DNA from: Verrucomicrobiota bacterium
Lineage (GTDB): Bacteria > Verrucomicrobiota > Verrucomicrobiia > Opitutales > UBA953
DNA length: 45,511 bases
Assembly (NCBI GenBank): GCA_041167995.1
Contig: JBEELT010000001.1
Location: 1-45,511, forward strand
Direction of reading: 5' to 3'
Each line of letters starts with the position of its first letter. Position 1 is the first letter of the stretch. Under the pieces are notes generated by a model. It was not told where the DNA came from. It saw nothing but the letters and a program-made list of their open reading frames with translations, and searched no databases. Positions 14,976 to 23,520 of the stretch are shown piece by piece. The translations under genes were made by a program, and so were the position numbers.

Positions 14976-16403
14976 TCAGAAGCCCTTCTCGCCCGGCTGC
15001 GGCACCCTCTTCGGCGGGCTCCACGCGGCCGGCTGGGTCGTCGCCGCCGTCAAGGGATCCTGATCCCCGCCGGCGCGCAGGCCGACCTCCAGACGGGCGA
15101 GCAGTTCCTTGACCCGGGCGGCCTGGTCCGGCTCGGCAGACAGATCCTTGGTCTCGAAGGGGTCGGCCTGCAGGTCGAAGAGCTGCGTCCGGTCCACCTG
15201 CGGGTAGCGGATCAGCTTCCAACGCCCGTCGGAGAACGCCTTCTGGATTCGCTTGTAACCGAAGACCAGTTCCGTCCTTGCCGGCCGGGCCGGATCCGCC
15301 AGCACCGCGGTGAACTCCTGACCCTCGCTGGTCTTCGGCGCCCCCACCCCGCACAGTTTGCCCAAGGTCGGCAGCACATCGAACGTGTAGCACAACGCCG
15401 GCGTGCGCCGGCCCGCGGGCACGCCCGGTCCGGCGATGATGAGCGGCACCCGGAGGCTGTGCTCATAGAGGTTCTGTTTCCCGATCAGGCCGTGGGAACC
15501 GCGGGCCACGCCGGAGTCCGCCGCGAAGACCACGTAAGTGTTCCGGCCCGCCGGCGATGCGTCCAAGGCATCCAGCACCCGGCCAACCTGCGCGTCGAGG
15601 TAGCTGATATAACGATAATAATCGGCCAGCATCGCCCGGATGGCCTCGGGCCGCCGCGGCCAGGGCAGCAACTGCTCGTCGCGGATGACCATCTCGCCGT
15701 TGTTGAACGGGTGCTGACCGAGGAAGTTCGGCGGCAACGGGATCGCGGCCGGGTCATATTTCAAGGGGAAGCCCTCGGGGACGATGTGCGGGTCATGGGG
15801 ACCGTCGAAGGCGAGGTACGCGAAGAACGGCGTGGCGGCGTCGCGCTCGCGCAGGAAGGTCAGCACCTCATCCGTCGCCTCCTCGCACAGATGCTTCGGG
15901 CAGGAGCGGTCGGGGCTGAGTTTACCGGTGGGCAGCAGGTCGTTGATCTTCGCCTTGAGCGGGTTGGTCATGCCGCCGACGAAGAGCGAGCGGGCCTGCT
16001 GGAACGACTTCCCGACTGAGCCCGGACCGTTGTGCCACTTGCCCGCCATGAAGGTCGTGTAACCGGCCGTCCCGAAAGCGTGCGGCCAGGTCTCATCGCG
16101 GGAGAGCTTCTCGTCGATCCGCGGCAACGGCCGGGCGGACAGCAGCATCGCGCGGGAGGGTACGCAGGTGGCGCCATTGTTGCCGCCCATCATGTAGGCG
16201 CGCTCGAAGGCGACCCCACGCGCCACTAGCCGATCGAGGTTCGGCGTCTTGATGACCGGATTACCGAGCGCCGCGATGGTGTCGGCGCGTTGGTCGTCGG
16301 CGAAGATGAAGAGGACGTTGGGGCGCTCCGCCGCGGCGAGCGCGGACGCACTCACGGCGAGCAGGGCGCAAACGAGACTCCGAGGGGCACGGAAGAGGTC
16401 CAT
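14976..16403 (-). CDS. Cys-type sulfatase (arylsulfatase A family), secreted
   Basis: NVLFIFADDQRAD, then the formylglycine motif CVPSRAMLLS. The listed start at 16448 is TTG. The ATG verified at 16403 gives a clean signal peptide, MDLFRAPRSLVCALLAVSASALAAA. Confidence 0.9.
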   Translation of the reverse strand: MDLFRAPRSLVCALLAVSASALAAAERPNVLFIFADDQRADTIAALGNPVIKTPNLDRLVARGVAFERAYMMGGNNGATCVPSRAMLLSARPLPRIDEKLSRDETWPHAFGTAGYTTFMAGKWHNGPGSVGKSFQQARSLFVGGMTNPLKAKINDLLPTGKLSPDRSCPKHLCEEATDEVLTFLRERDAATPFFAYLAFDGPHDPHIVPEGFPLKYDPAAIPLPPNFLGQHPFNNGEMVIRDEQLLPWPRRPEAIRAMLADYYRYISYLDAQVGRVLDALDASPAGRNTYVVFAADSGVARGSHGLIGKQNLYEHSLRVPLIIAGPGVPAGRRTPALCYTFDVLPTLGKLCGVGAPKTSEGQEFTAVLADPARPARTELVFGYKRIQKAFSDGRWKLIRYPQVDRTQLFDLQADPFETKDLSAEPDQAARVKELLARLEVGLRAGGDQDPLTAATTQPAAWSPPKRVPQPGEKGF

Positions 16404-16444
16404 GCCCCTTGATAAGGGGGGAAACCGCCTATTCCAAGCCTCGT

Positions 16445-17374
16445 TCAAGCCTCGTCGCCGGAACGGCCATGGTGGCCGTCCTGCTTACGATGCTGGGGCT
16501 CGTCCGGCTCCACATGCACCAGCACCGAGATCACCTCGGGGTGGAGGCGGAGGATATCGGCCTTCACCTGCCCCGCGATGGCATGCCCCTCGGCCACGGT
16601 GGCGGTCTCGGGGACCTGCAGGTGGAAATCAACCTCGAAGCGGTCGCCCAGCCGACGTGCGCGGAAGGCGTGGAAGCCCTTGGCGCCGGGCACGGCCAGG
16701 ATGTGCTCGCTGAGGTCGTGGAGCACATGCGCGGCCGGGGCGGTATCGATGAGATCTTCGCACGAGACCTTGAAGAGTTTCAAGCCCTCGGCCCCGAGCC
16801 AGCCGGCCAGCACCAGACCGACGACCTTGTCGAGGGCGCGCCACTCCGGATGGAGATGGGCGACCACCACGGCGATCAACGCGAGCAACGAGGCGATGGC
16901 GTCGGCCCGGTGGTCCGCGGCGTTGGCCAGCAGCAGGCGCGAACCGAGGCGCTCGGCCTGACGACGGGCGTACTGGTAGAAACCCTCCTTAAGGATCAGC
17001 GCGAAGCCCGCGACCCAGGCGGCCGCGATACCGGGCTGGGCGAGTTCGCCGCCCACCATCAAGGAACGTACCGAGGTCCAGGCGAGGCCGACGCAGAACG
17101 CGATGACCAGGGCCGAGATGAACATCGTCGCGAGGGTGGAGACGCGGTGATGACCATAAGGGTGGTCGGCGTCCTTGGGTAGGTGCGCGAAACGCAGCCC
17201 GATGATCGCAGCGATGTCGCTCGCGATATCGACCAACGAATGGATCCCATCGGCCAGCAGGGCCTGAGAGGAGGCGAGGAAGCCGACTGACAATTTGGCC
17301 ACCGCCAGCAAGACGTTAACCCCGAGGCTCCAGGCCACGGTGAGTCCGCCTTCGCGCTGGAGCCGGGTGGTCAT
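16445..17374 (-). CDS. Cation diffusion facilitator (CDF) family metal efflux transporter
   Basis: Six TM segments with LLADGIHSLVDI and ADHRADAI metal-site motifs, plus a C-terminal cytoplasmic domain. The ATG at 17374 overlaps the upstream stop (ATGA). Confidence 0.9.
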   Translation of the reverse strand: MTTRLQREGGLTVAWSLGVNVLLAVAKLSVGFLASSQALLADGIHSLVDIASDIAAIIGLRFAHLPKDADHPYGHHRVSTLATMFISALVIAFCVGLAWTSVRSLMVGGELAQPGIAAAWVAGFALILKEGFYQYARRQAERLGSRLLLANAADHRADAIASLLALIAVVVAHLHPEWRALDKVVGLVLAGWLGAEGLKLFKVSCEDLIDTAPAAHVLHDLSEHILAVPGAKGFHAFRARRLGDRFEVDFHLQVPETATVAEGHAIAGQVKADILRLHPEVISVLVHVEPDEPQHRKQDGHHGRSGDEA

Positions 17375-18009
17375 CGGGTGGAGTTGGCCTTGATCTGCTC
17401 GACCTCGTGCCGCCAGTCGATGTGCCGCAACGCCGCCGATTCCACGGCGTCCGCGGTCTTGGGCAGGCCGGCGAGGAGATCAGCCAACGCGAACGCGACC
17501 TCACCCTTGAGGCTGCGCGGGTCGACGGAGACGCTCAGGCCACCGGAGGGCTCCGCCTGTGGCTGCACGGAGGCCGGTAGGGCGCTGGACGGGAGGGTCC
17601 GGCCGGGCTTGAGTCGGACATCGCCGCGGTCGGCGTAGAAGAAGTCGACGGCGGCGACGGCGGCGGTCTCGGCCGGCTCCACACCGGGGGCGTACTCCTC
17701 GATGATCAGAATCGCATACTGCGGCATCACCCGACCTTCGGCGTCGAAGCGGTTGCGGCCGCCGGTGACCAGCTCGCGCCGCACGCCGCCGTTCGGGAGT
17801 TTGGCGCGACGCTCCCCGAGGACGTAATGCCCGAAGAAGGACTTCCCCTGGACCGCGTAGTCGTAATACATGCCCGGCAGGCTCAGCGCGTCGGCCACGC
17901 GCTTACGCTCGTCGCGCTGCGGGTTGCCGCGAGAGTTGAAAGCCATGAGGAGGGCCACCCCAAGGGCAGCCCCGACCAGGAAAAGGATGAACCGCTCGCG
18001 CTGTCCCAT
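17371..18009 (-). CDS. Hypothetical protein with an N-terminal membrane anchor
   Basis: ATG verified at 18009. TM segment FILFLVGAALGVALLMAF. No family recognised. It is translationally coupled (4-nt overlap) to the CDF gene. Confidence 0.5.
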   Translation of the reverse strand: MGQRERFILFLVGAALGVALLMAFNSRGNPQRDERKRVADALSLPGMYYDYAVQGKSFFGHYVLGERRAKLPNGGVRRELVTGGRNRFDAEGRVMPQYAILIIEEYAPGVEPAETAAVAAVDFFYADRGDVRLKPGRTLPSSALPASVQPQAEPSGGLSVSVDPRSLKGEVAFALADLLAGLPKTADAVESAALRHIDWRHEVEQIKANSTR

Positions 18010-18108
18010 GCGAGTAGTCCAGCCGAGGAAACGGCGGGGGGCAAGGACAAGCCTCCGGGAGCGCCGATTGGCGTTGGAAAGCGAGGCGCTTATCGCCAGA
18101 ACTTACGC

Positions 18109-18513
18109 ATGCTGCAGGCCACTGTCGAGACCCGCGTCCGCTTCGCCGAGACCGACGCCATGGGCGTGACTTACCATGGCAACTACCTCCCTTGGTTCGA
18201 GATGGCGCGCGTCGCCCTGCTCGACCTGCTCGGGACGCCCTACCGGAAACTCGAGCAGGAAGGCTACCTGCTGCCGGTGCTCGAGACCGGCCTGACCTAC
18301 CACCGCCCTTCCCGCTTCGACGACCGCGTCCGCATCACCGTGACGCTAGCCGAGAAGCCCAAGGCGCGGCTCCGCCTGACCTACCGGGTCGAGCGCGACG
18401 GCGAGCTGCTCGTCGAAGGCTTCACCATCCACGCCTTCGTCTCCCGCGAGTTCAAGGCCATCCGCCCGCCGGAGGCCGTCGAGGCCGCCTTCCGCCAAGC
18501 CTTCGGCGCCTGA
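18109..18513 (+). CDS. Acyl-CoA thioesterase, hotdog fold (YbgC/4HBT-like)
   Basis: The ATG verified at 18109 (MLQATVETRVRFAETDAMGVTYHGNY) contains the catalytic-Asp region typical of the 4HBT class. 134 aa. Confidence 0.8.
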   Translation: MLQATVETRVRFAETDAMGVTYHGNYLPWFEMARVALLDLLGTPYRKLEQEGYLLPVLETGLTYHRPSRFDDRVRITVTLAEKPKARLRLTYRVERDGELLVEGFTIHAFVSREFKAIRPPEAVEAAFRQAFGA

Positions 18514-18517
18514 TTCC

Positions 18518-19168
18518 ATGAAGATCGCCGCCGCCCCACTCGGACCTTTTGAAACCAACGCCTACCTCGTCGTCGCCGAGAACGGCAAGGATTGCTGCGT
18601 CATCGACGCCCCCAAGGACGCCGGCCCTTTGTTGCTCGCGGAAATCAAGATGCAAGGCCTCAACCTGACGCACCTGCTGATCACCCACGGCCACTGGGAC
18701 CACATGTGCGACGGCCATCACTTCGCCGCCGCCGGCGCCCAGGTCATCGCGCACCAGGCCGACCAACAACTCATCGAGAATATCGAAGCCTACCGCACCC
18801 GCTACCAGTCGATGATCCCGTCGCTGTCCGACGACGACTTCCGCTCGGTGAAGGTCGACCGCTGGGTGGACGACGGCGACGTCGTGGAAGCCTGCGGCCA
18901 TCGCTTCGAGATCCGCCACGTGCCGGGCCACTGCCCCGGCAGCATCCTCTTCTATGCCGCCGACCAGAAGGTCGCCTTCACGGGGGATGCGATTTTCAAG
19001 GGCTCGGTCGGCCGCACCGACCTCCCGAACGGCGAGTGGAACCAGCTACTCAACTCGATCCGTACCCGTATCTACACCCTGCCGGACGACGTCATCCTGC
19101 TGCCGGGACATGGCGGACAGACGAGCGTGGGCGTTGAGAAGAAGACCAACCCATACGCCAAGCCCTGA
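18518..19168 (+). CDS. MBL-fold metallo-hydrolase (glyoxalase II-like)
   Basis: THGHWDH metal motif, then HVPGHCPGS, GDAIF..SVGRTD and LLPGHG. Confidence 0.85.
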   Translation: MKIAAAPLGPFETNAYLVVAENGKDCCVIDAPKDAGPLLLAEIKMQGLNLTHLLITHGHWDHMCDGHHFAAAGAQVIAHQADQQLIENIEAYRTRYQSMIPSLSDDDFRSVKVDRWVDDGDVVEACGHRFEIRHVPGHCPGSILFYAADQKVAFTGDAIFKGSVGRTDLPNGEWNQLLNSIRTRIYTLPDDVILLPGHGGQTSVGVEKKTNPYAKP

Positions 19169-19175
19169 GCACCCC

Positions 19176-19691
19176 TTGGCCCCGACTCCCTGCCCATACC
19201 TACCTTCCTGCGGCCGGACGCTGTCCTGGCGCGACCTGGCGGCATGGCGGGATGATCAGGGGCCTGAGCTCTACCTGACCTGCCTAGAGTACGGCCAACA
19301 ACTCTGGCTCGATAGGCTGCCGGCCCGAGCCCTGTTGGCCGTCGACCGGGCCCTTTATTGCGACGTGCCCGAAGGCGACGCCGCGCTGACCAAATATGCC
19401 ATGCCTTACCGGGCGATCGGCTGGATGGCGCGGCAGCCCAGCGAACAATTCACCGGCAACGCCCGCGTGCATTACCAGCACCTCGCCGACCGCGTGCGCG
19501 GCGAGCGGGCGGAGCTCAAGAAGTGGCGGGCCTGGGCCGCCTGGGCCGTCACGCGATACGTCCGACCCGATCTGGCCGGCGACCCCAAGCATGCGGTGAC
19601 CGAACCCACGCACGCGGAGATCGAAGCCGGCCTGCGGACCTACGGACTCATCAGCGAAATCGCCGAATGGCGCCAGGCGCTCACCGACTAA
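19176..19691 (+). CDS. Hypothetical Trp/Arg-rich protein (start uncertain, probably non-ATG)
   Basis: The frame has strong GC3 bias all the way to the stop at 19691. The first 70 codons of the track ORF overlap the MBL gene. The first in-frame candidate start after the MBL stop is TTG at 19176, and there is no in-frame ATG until codon KYAM. No family recognised. Confidence 0.45.
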   Translation: MAPTPCPYLPSCGRTLSWRDLAAWRDDQGPELYLTCLEYGQQLWLDRLPARALLAVDRALYCDVPEGDAALTKYAMPYRAIGWMARQPSEQFTGNARVHYQHLADRVRGERAELKKWRAWAAWAVTRYVRPDLAGDPKHAVTEPTHAEIEAGLRTYGLISEIAEWRQALTD

Positions 19692-19711
19692 AACCACTCT
19701 TCCATTTCGAT

Positions 19712-20356
19712 ATGACCCACCACTCTGACCATTCCCTCCGCATCGTCGTAGACGCGACCGACCTGTACGCAGGACAAGCGGGGGAACGTCCGCTGGAACA
19801 GCGTGTCGCCCCGGCCGAGAGCCGGATCACCCTCCGCTCGCTGAAGGCCGGCGAGACCCTGAAGCACGACGGTGCCAAACTCTTGGAGATACTCGTCGTG
19901 CGCGGGCTGCTGAACCTGAACGGCGAAGCCCTCGGTCCCGCTTCCTACGTACGCCTCTCGCCAGGCGTGTCCGTCACGTTCACCACAACAGAGGCCAGCA
20001 TGGTCTACCTGAACGAACGCACCCCGACGGAGCCAGAAAAGGATTCCTATGCCTTACACGGAGACCAACTGGACTGGCGGCAAGGCATGGTCCCCGGGCT
20101 CAAGGTCACCTCCTTGCACCAAGGCCTGACCAAGCACACCGCCTTGGTGCGCTGGGCGCCCGAGACGCGTTTCAATCCACACACCCACGTCGGCGGCGAA
20201 GAAATCTTCGTCCTCGAAGGCGTCTTCCGCGATGAGCACGGCAACTATCCAGCCGGCACGTGGATCCGCAGCCCGCACCTGAGCAACCACCGTCCGTTCA
20301 CGGGGCCGGAAGGCGCGACCATCCTCGTCAAGGTCGGCCACCTCGACGTGGCCTGA
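19712..20356 (+). CDS. Cupin-domain protein (ChrR-like cupin, no anti-sigma zinc domain)
   Basis: ATG verified at 19712 (MTHHSDH). The C-terminal half, NPHTHVGGEEIFVLEGVFRDEHGNYPAGTWIRSP, is a cupin motif. There is no HxxxCxxC N-terminal domain. Confidence 0.65.
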   Translation: MTHHSDHSLRIVVDATDLYAGQAGERPLEQRVAPAESRITLRSLKAGETLKHDGAKLLEILVVRGLLNLNGEALGPASYVRLSPGVSVTFTTTEASMVYLNERTPTEPEKDSYALHGDQLDWRQGMVPGLKVTSLHQGLTKHTALVRWAPETRFNPHTHVGGEEIFVLEGVFRDEHGNYPAGTWIRSPHLSNHRPFTGPEGATILVKVGHLDVA

Positions 20357-20378
20357 AACCACGCCGCCCGGTGCCCGG

Positions 20379-21068
20379 CTACTTGGAGAAATCCAGGATC
20401 TCGGCCTCGAGCGTGACCTCCTGACCGCCCGCGCCCAGCTTGGCGGTCTGCCCCTTGGGCAACGTCAGGCGCGTCTCGCTACGCCGGACGGAGGGCCCGG
20501 CGGCCGGCGCCTCCTCGATCACCGCCTGATGCAGGACGAGCTCACGCGACTCCCCCAGCCGGGTAAGGGTGAGCGCCTGGCGTTTCTCGTCGTACGCCCG
20601 GAGCGTCCACCCGTCGACCTTGCGACCCAGCGGGAGCCACTTGCGGGCCCCGGTGGCATCCTCGATCGAGAAAAGTTTGTCGGCCGGCAGGACGCCATGG
20701 AAGAGGGGGATGCCACCTTTGGCCTTGGCGAGGGCGGCGGGACGCGCCGCGGCGGGCGTCGGCGAGGGCTGCGCCGTCGGCGGCTCACGCGTCTCGGTGA
20801 CGACGTCCAAGGTGAGGGTGCCGTCGGCGTTGACCTTGGGCAAGACCGACAGGAGTACTCCCTCCTCGGCATTGCCGACGGTGATGGTGGCCCGCTTACC
20901 GTCGACCGTGATGACGGAGGGCATGGCGAGCACCTCCGGCTTACCGTCCTTGTCGGTCCGCGTGAAGGTGGCCTTGACCCTGAGATGGGTAGGGACCGGG
21001 GCTTCCTGCGCACAGGCCCAGGTGACGCACGCGAAGGCGAGGAGCTGGCCGAAAGGGCGGAGAAGCAT
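20379..21068 (-). CDS. Secreted hypothetical protein, paralog 1 (secretin-core-like strands plus a PilP/GspC-like central domain)
   Basis: ATG verified at 21068. The signal peptide ends ACA|QEA. See the finding for motif details. Confidence 0.6.
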   Translation of the reverse strand: MLLRPFGQLLAFACVTWACAQEAPVPTHLRVKATFTRTDKDGKPEVLAMPSVITVDGKRATITVGNAEEGVLLSVLPKVNADGTLTLDVVTETREPPTAQPSPTPAAARPAALAKAKGGIPLFHGVLPADKLFSIEDATGARKWLPLGRKVDGWTLRAYDEKRQALTLTRLGESRELVLHQAVIEEAPAAGPSVRRSETRLTLPKGQTAKLGAGGQEVTLEAEILDFSK

Positions 21069-21118
21069 ACCTAGGAGGATGAGGGTCGCCCGACTGAGGG
21101 CAAGCCGAAGGCCCGGGC

Positions 21119-21901
21119 TTACTTGGTCGTCACCGCCGGCAGCTTGGTGACCTCCACGGATAGCGTGATGGTGGTGCCGTTGGCGCTGCCGATGACGAAG
21201 TTCTGACCGGGCTGGACGGTGACGGTGCTAACGACGTCATTAGCCCCGGCCTCCACGACGGACTTGTAGAGCGTCAGTTCGCGCAGGGATTTCTCCTTCG
21301 CGATGGTCAGCACCTGGTGCTTGGCATCGTAAGCCTCGAGGGTCCAGCCGGCAAAGGTCTGGCCGACCTTCATCCAGCGGCGATGACCGGCGTCATCCGC
21401 GAGCGAGAACAAGCCTTCGGAGGGCAACACGGAATGGAACACCGGCACGCCATTACCGCCGGCGCTACGCTCCCGTCCCGAGCGGGAGCGACGCTCGCGC
21501 TCCTTCTCGGACATGGCCTGCAGCTGGGCCTGGGCGAACGCGGCCTTATCCTGGGCGGAGGTCGGCAAGGACGCATGTAGGTTGATGCTGACCTCGCCGG
21601 TCGGGAGTAAGGTGGGGGTAAAGGAGAACTCCAGCTGGGTCGGCGGCATCGGCGGCTGGCCGGTCAGAGGCGGCTTGGCCGGACCAGTAATGGAAGCCTT
21701 TCCCTCGGCGCCGGAGAGCACGGTCAGCGAGGGGATAGTGAGGACATCACCGGGCTTGCCGTCCGGTCCGGGCGGAGCAGCGACCGTCGCCTTGAGTTTG
21801 ATCTGTGCGGGGGGCGCCGCGGGTGCGGCCGCCGGGGCCGCGTCCTGGGCCCAGGCCCAGACGGACACATGGACAAGGCAGGCAAGGGTAAGCTTACGCA
21901 T
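21119..21901 (-). CDS. Secreted hypothetical protein, paralog 2 of 20379-21068
   Basis: ATG verified at 21901. The signal peptide ends AWA|QDA. The central 68 aa are 32/68 identical to paralog 1 by hand alignment. Confidence 0.6.
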   Translation of the reverse strand: MRKLTLACLVHVSVWAWAQDAAPAAAPAAPPAQIKLKATVAAPPGPDGKPGDVLTIPSLTVLSGAEGKASITGPAKPPLTGQPPMPPTQLEFSFTPTLLPTGEVSINLHASLPTSAQDKAAFAQAQLQAMSEKERERRSRSGRERSAGGNGVPVFHSVLPSEGLFSLADDAGHRRWMKVGQTFAGWTLEAYDAKHQVLTIAKEKSLRELTLYKSVVEAGANDVVSTVTVQPGQNFVIGSANGTTITLSVEVTKLPAVTTK

Positions 21902-21963
21902 GGGCGGGGATGCCTAGTTAACCCCTGAAACCCGCCCGAGTTCCAAGCGACCTCGGAGCGACC

Positions 21964-23217
21964 TCAGAGGCGCTTGAAGACCAGCGAGGCGTTGTGACCG
22001 CCAAAACCGAGGTTGTTCGAGATCGCTACGTTGACCGTGCGCTTCTTGGCCACGTTGGGAGTGTAGTCCAGGTCGCAATCAGGGTCCGGATTCTCGTAAT
22101 TGATCGTCGGCGGGATGACGCCGTGGTGAATCGCGAGACAGCAGACGGCCGCCTCCACGCCGCCGGCGGCGCCAAGGAGGTGGCCCGTCATCGACTTGGT
22201 CGAGGAAATGGAAATCTGGCGGGCGGCCTCACCGAAGGTTCGCTTGATCGCGAGGGTCTCGCAGCGGTCGTTAATCGGGGTCGAGGTACCGTGGGCGTTG
22301 ATGTAACTCACTTCGGACTTCTCCACGCCGGCTTCGGCGAGGGCGCGGTTAAGGCAGAGAGCAAGCCCCTTCCCTTCCTGGTCCTGGCCGGTGATGTGGT
22401 AGGCGTCGCAGGTAGCGCCATAGCCGACGAGCTCGCAATAGATGCGGGCGCCGCGGGCCTGGGCGTGTTCGAGGGACTCGATCACAAGGACACCCGCGCC
22501 TTCACCCATGACGAAACCATCGCGGAGCTTGTCAAACGGGCGAGATGCCTTTTCGGGCGTGTCGTTGAAATCGGTCGACATGGCCTTCATGTTGCAGAAA
22601 CCAGCGTAACTCAGGCGGGTAATGCAGGCTTCCGAACCGCCAGACAGCATGATGTCAGCGTGGCCGTCGCGGATGTGACGCAGCGCCTCGCCGAGGGCGT
22701 GGGAGCCGGAAGCGCACGCGGAGACGACGCCGAAATTGACGGACTTGGCCTGGAACTCGATGGCCACGACGCCGGAGGCGATGTTGGCGATGAGCGAAGG
22801 GATCGTGAAGGGAGAGACGCGCGACGGACCGCGCTCGATGAGAATGCGGGCCTGGTTCTCGATGGTCTCCATGCCGCCGATGCCGGAACCGATAATCACG
22901 CCGAAGCGTTCAGAATCGACCTTGGTGACGTCCAGTTTGGCGTCATTGACGGCCATCCGGGAGGCGGCGACGGCGTACTGCGTGTAGCGGTCGTTGCGCT
23001 TGGCCTCCTTCGGGTCCATGAACTTGCCCGGATCGAAGTCACGCACCTCGGCGCCGACCTTGGACGGGAAATCCGTCGGGTCGAAGCGCGTGATGCGGGC
23101 GATACCAGAACGGCCCTTGGTCAGACCGTCCCAGAAAGCCTCGGTATCATGGCCAAGCGCCGACAGGCAACCGATGCCGGTGACGACGACGCGACGGGTC
23201 GGATGGGCGAAGCTCAC
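21964..23217 (-). CDS. fabF: 3-oxoacyl-ACP synthase II
   Basis: 417 aa with RRVVVTGIG, active-site SACASG, HGTSTP and GHLLGAAG. The start codon is GTG at 23217. Confidence 0.95.
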   Translation of the reverse strand: MSFAHPTRRVVVTGIGCLSALGHDTEAFWDGLTKGRSGIARITRFDPTDFPSKVGAEVRDFDPGKFMDPKEAKRNDRYTQYAVAASRMAVNDAKLDVTKVDSERFGVIIGSGIGGMETIENQARILIERGPSRVSPFTIPSLIANIASGVVAIEFQAKSVNFGVVSACASGSHALGEALRHIRDGHADIMLSGGSEACITRLSYAGFCNMKAMSTDFNDTPEKASRPFDKLRDGFVMGEGAGVLVIESLEHAQARGARIYCELVGYGATCDAYHITGQDQEGKGLALCLNRALAEAGVEKSEVSYINAHGTSTPINDRCETLAIKRTFGEAARQISISSTKSMTGHLLGAAGGVEAAVCCLAIHHGVIPPTINYENPDPDCDLDYTPNVAKKRTVNVAISNNLGFGGHNASLVFKRL

Positions 23218-23245
23218 GGGTCGGGCCCCGGGGGACCCGGGAAGG

Positions 23246-23491
23246 TTACTTGGTGGCGTTGGCCTTGATGTACTCGACGGCGTCGCCGACGGTCTTCATC
23301 GAGGCGGCCTTGTCTTCCGGGATGGAGGCGATGCCGAACTCGTCCTCGAAAGCCATGATCATCTCCACCAGGTCAAGGGAGTCGGCCTTGAGGTCGGTCT
23401 GGAAGCCGGCCGCGGGGGTGAGCTGCTCGAGGTTGACCCCAAGCTGCTTGACGATGATGTCCTTGACGCGCTGTTCGATATTTTCGGGCAT
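23246..23491 (-). CDS. acpP: Acyl carrier protein
   Basis: 81 aa with the phosphopantetheine site LKADSLDLVEMIMAFEDEF. ATG verified. Confidence 0.95.
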   Translation of the reverse strand: MPENIEQRVKDIIVKQLGVNLEQLTPAAGFQTDLKADSLDLVEMIMAFEDEFGIASIPEDKAASMKTVGDAVEYIKANATK

Positions 23492-23520
23492 AAGAAAGGG
23501 TTTGGGTTGGTTTCTGGGTG

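Noticed and set aside
18954-19175. First 74 codons of the 245-aa ORF overlapping the MBL hydrolase gene
   Set aside because: This stretch overlaps a motif-supported gene in another frame and is Ser/Arg/Thr/Pro-rich. The real coding part most likely begins after the MBL stop.
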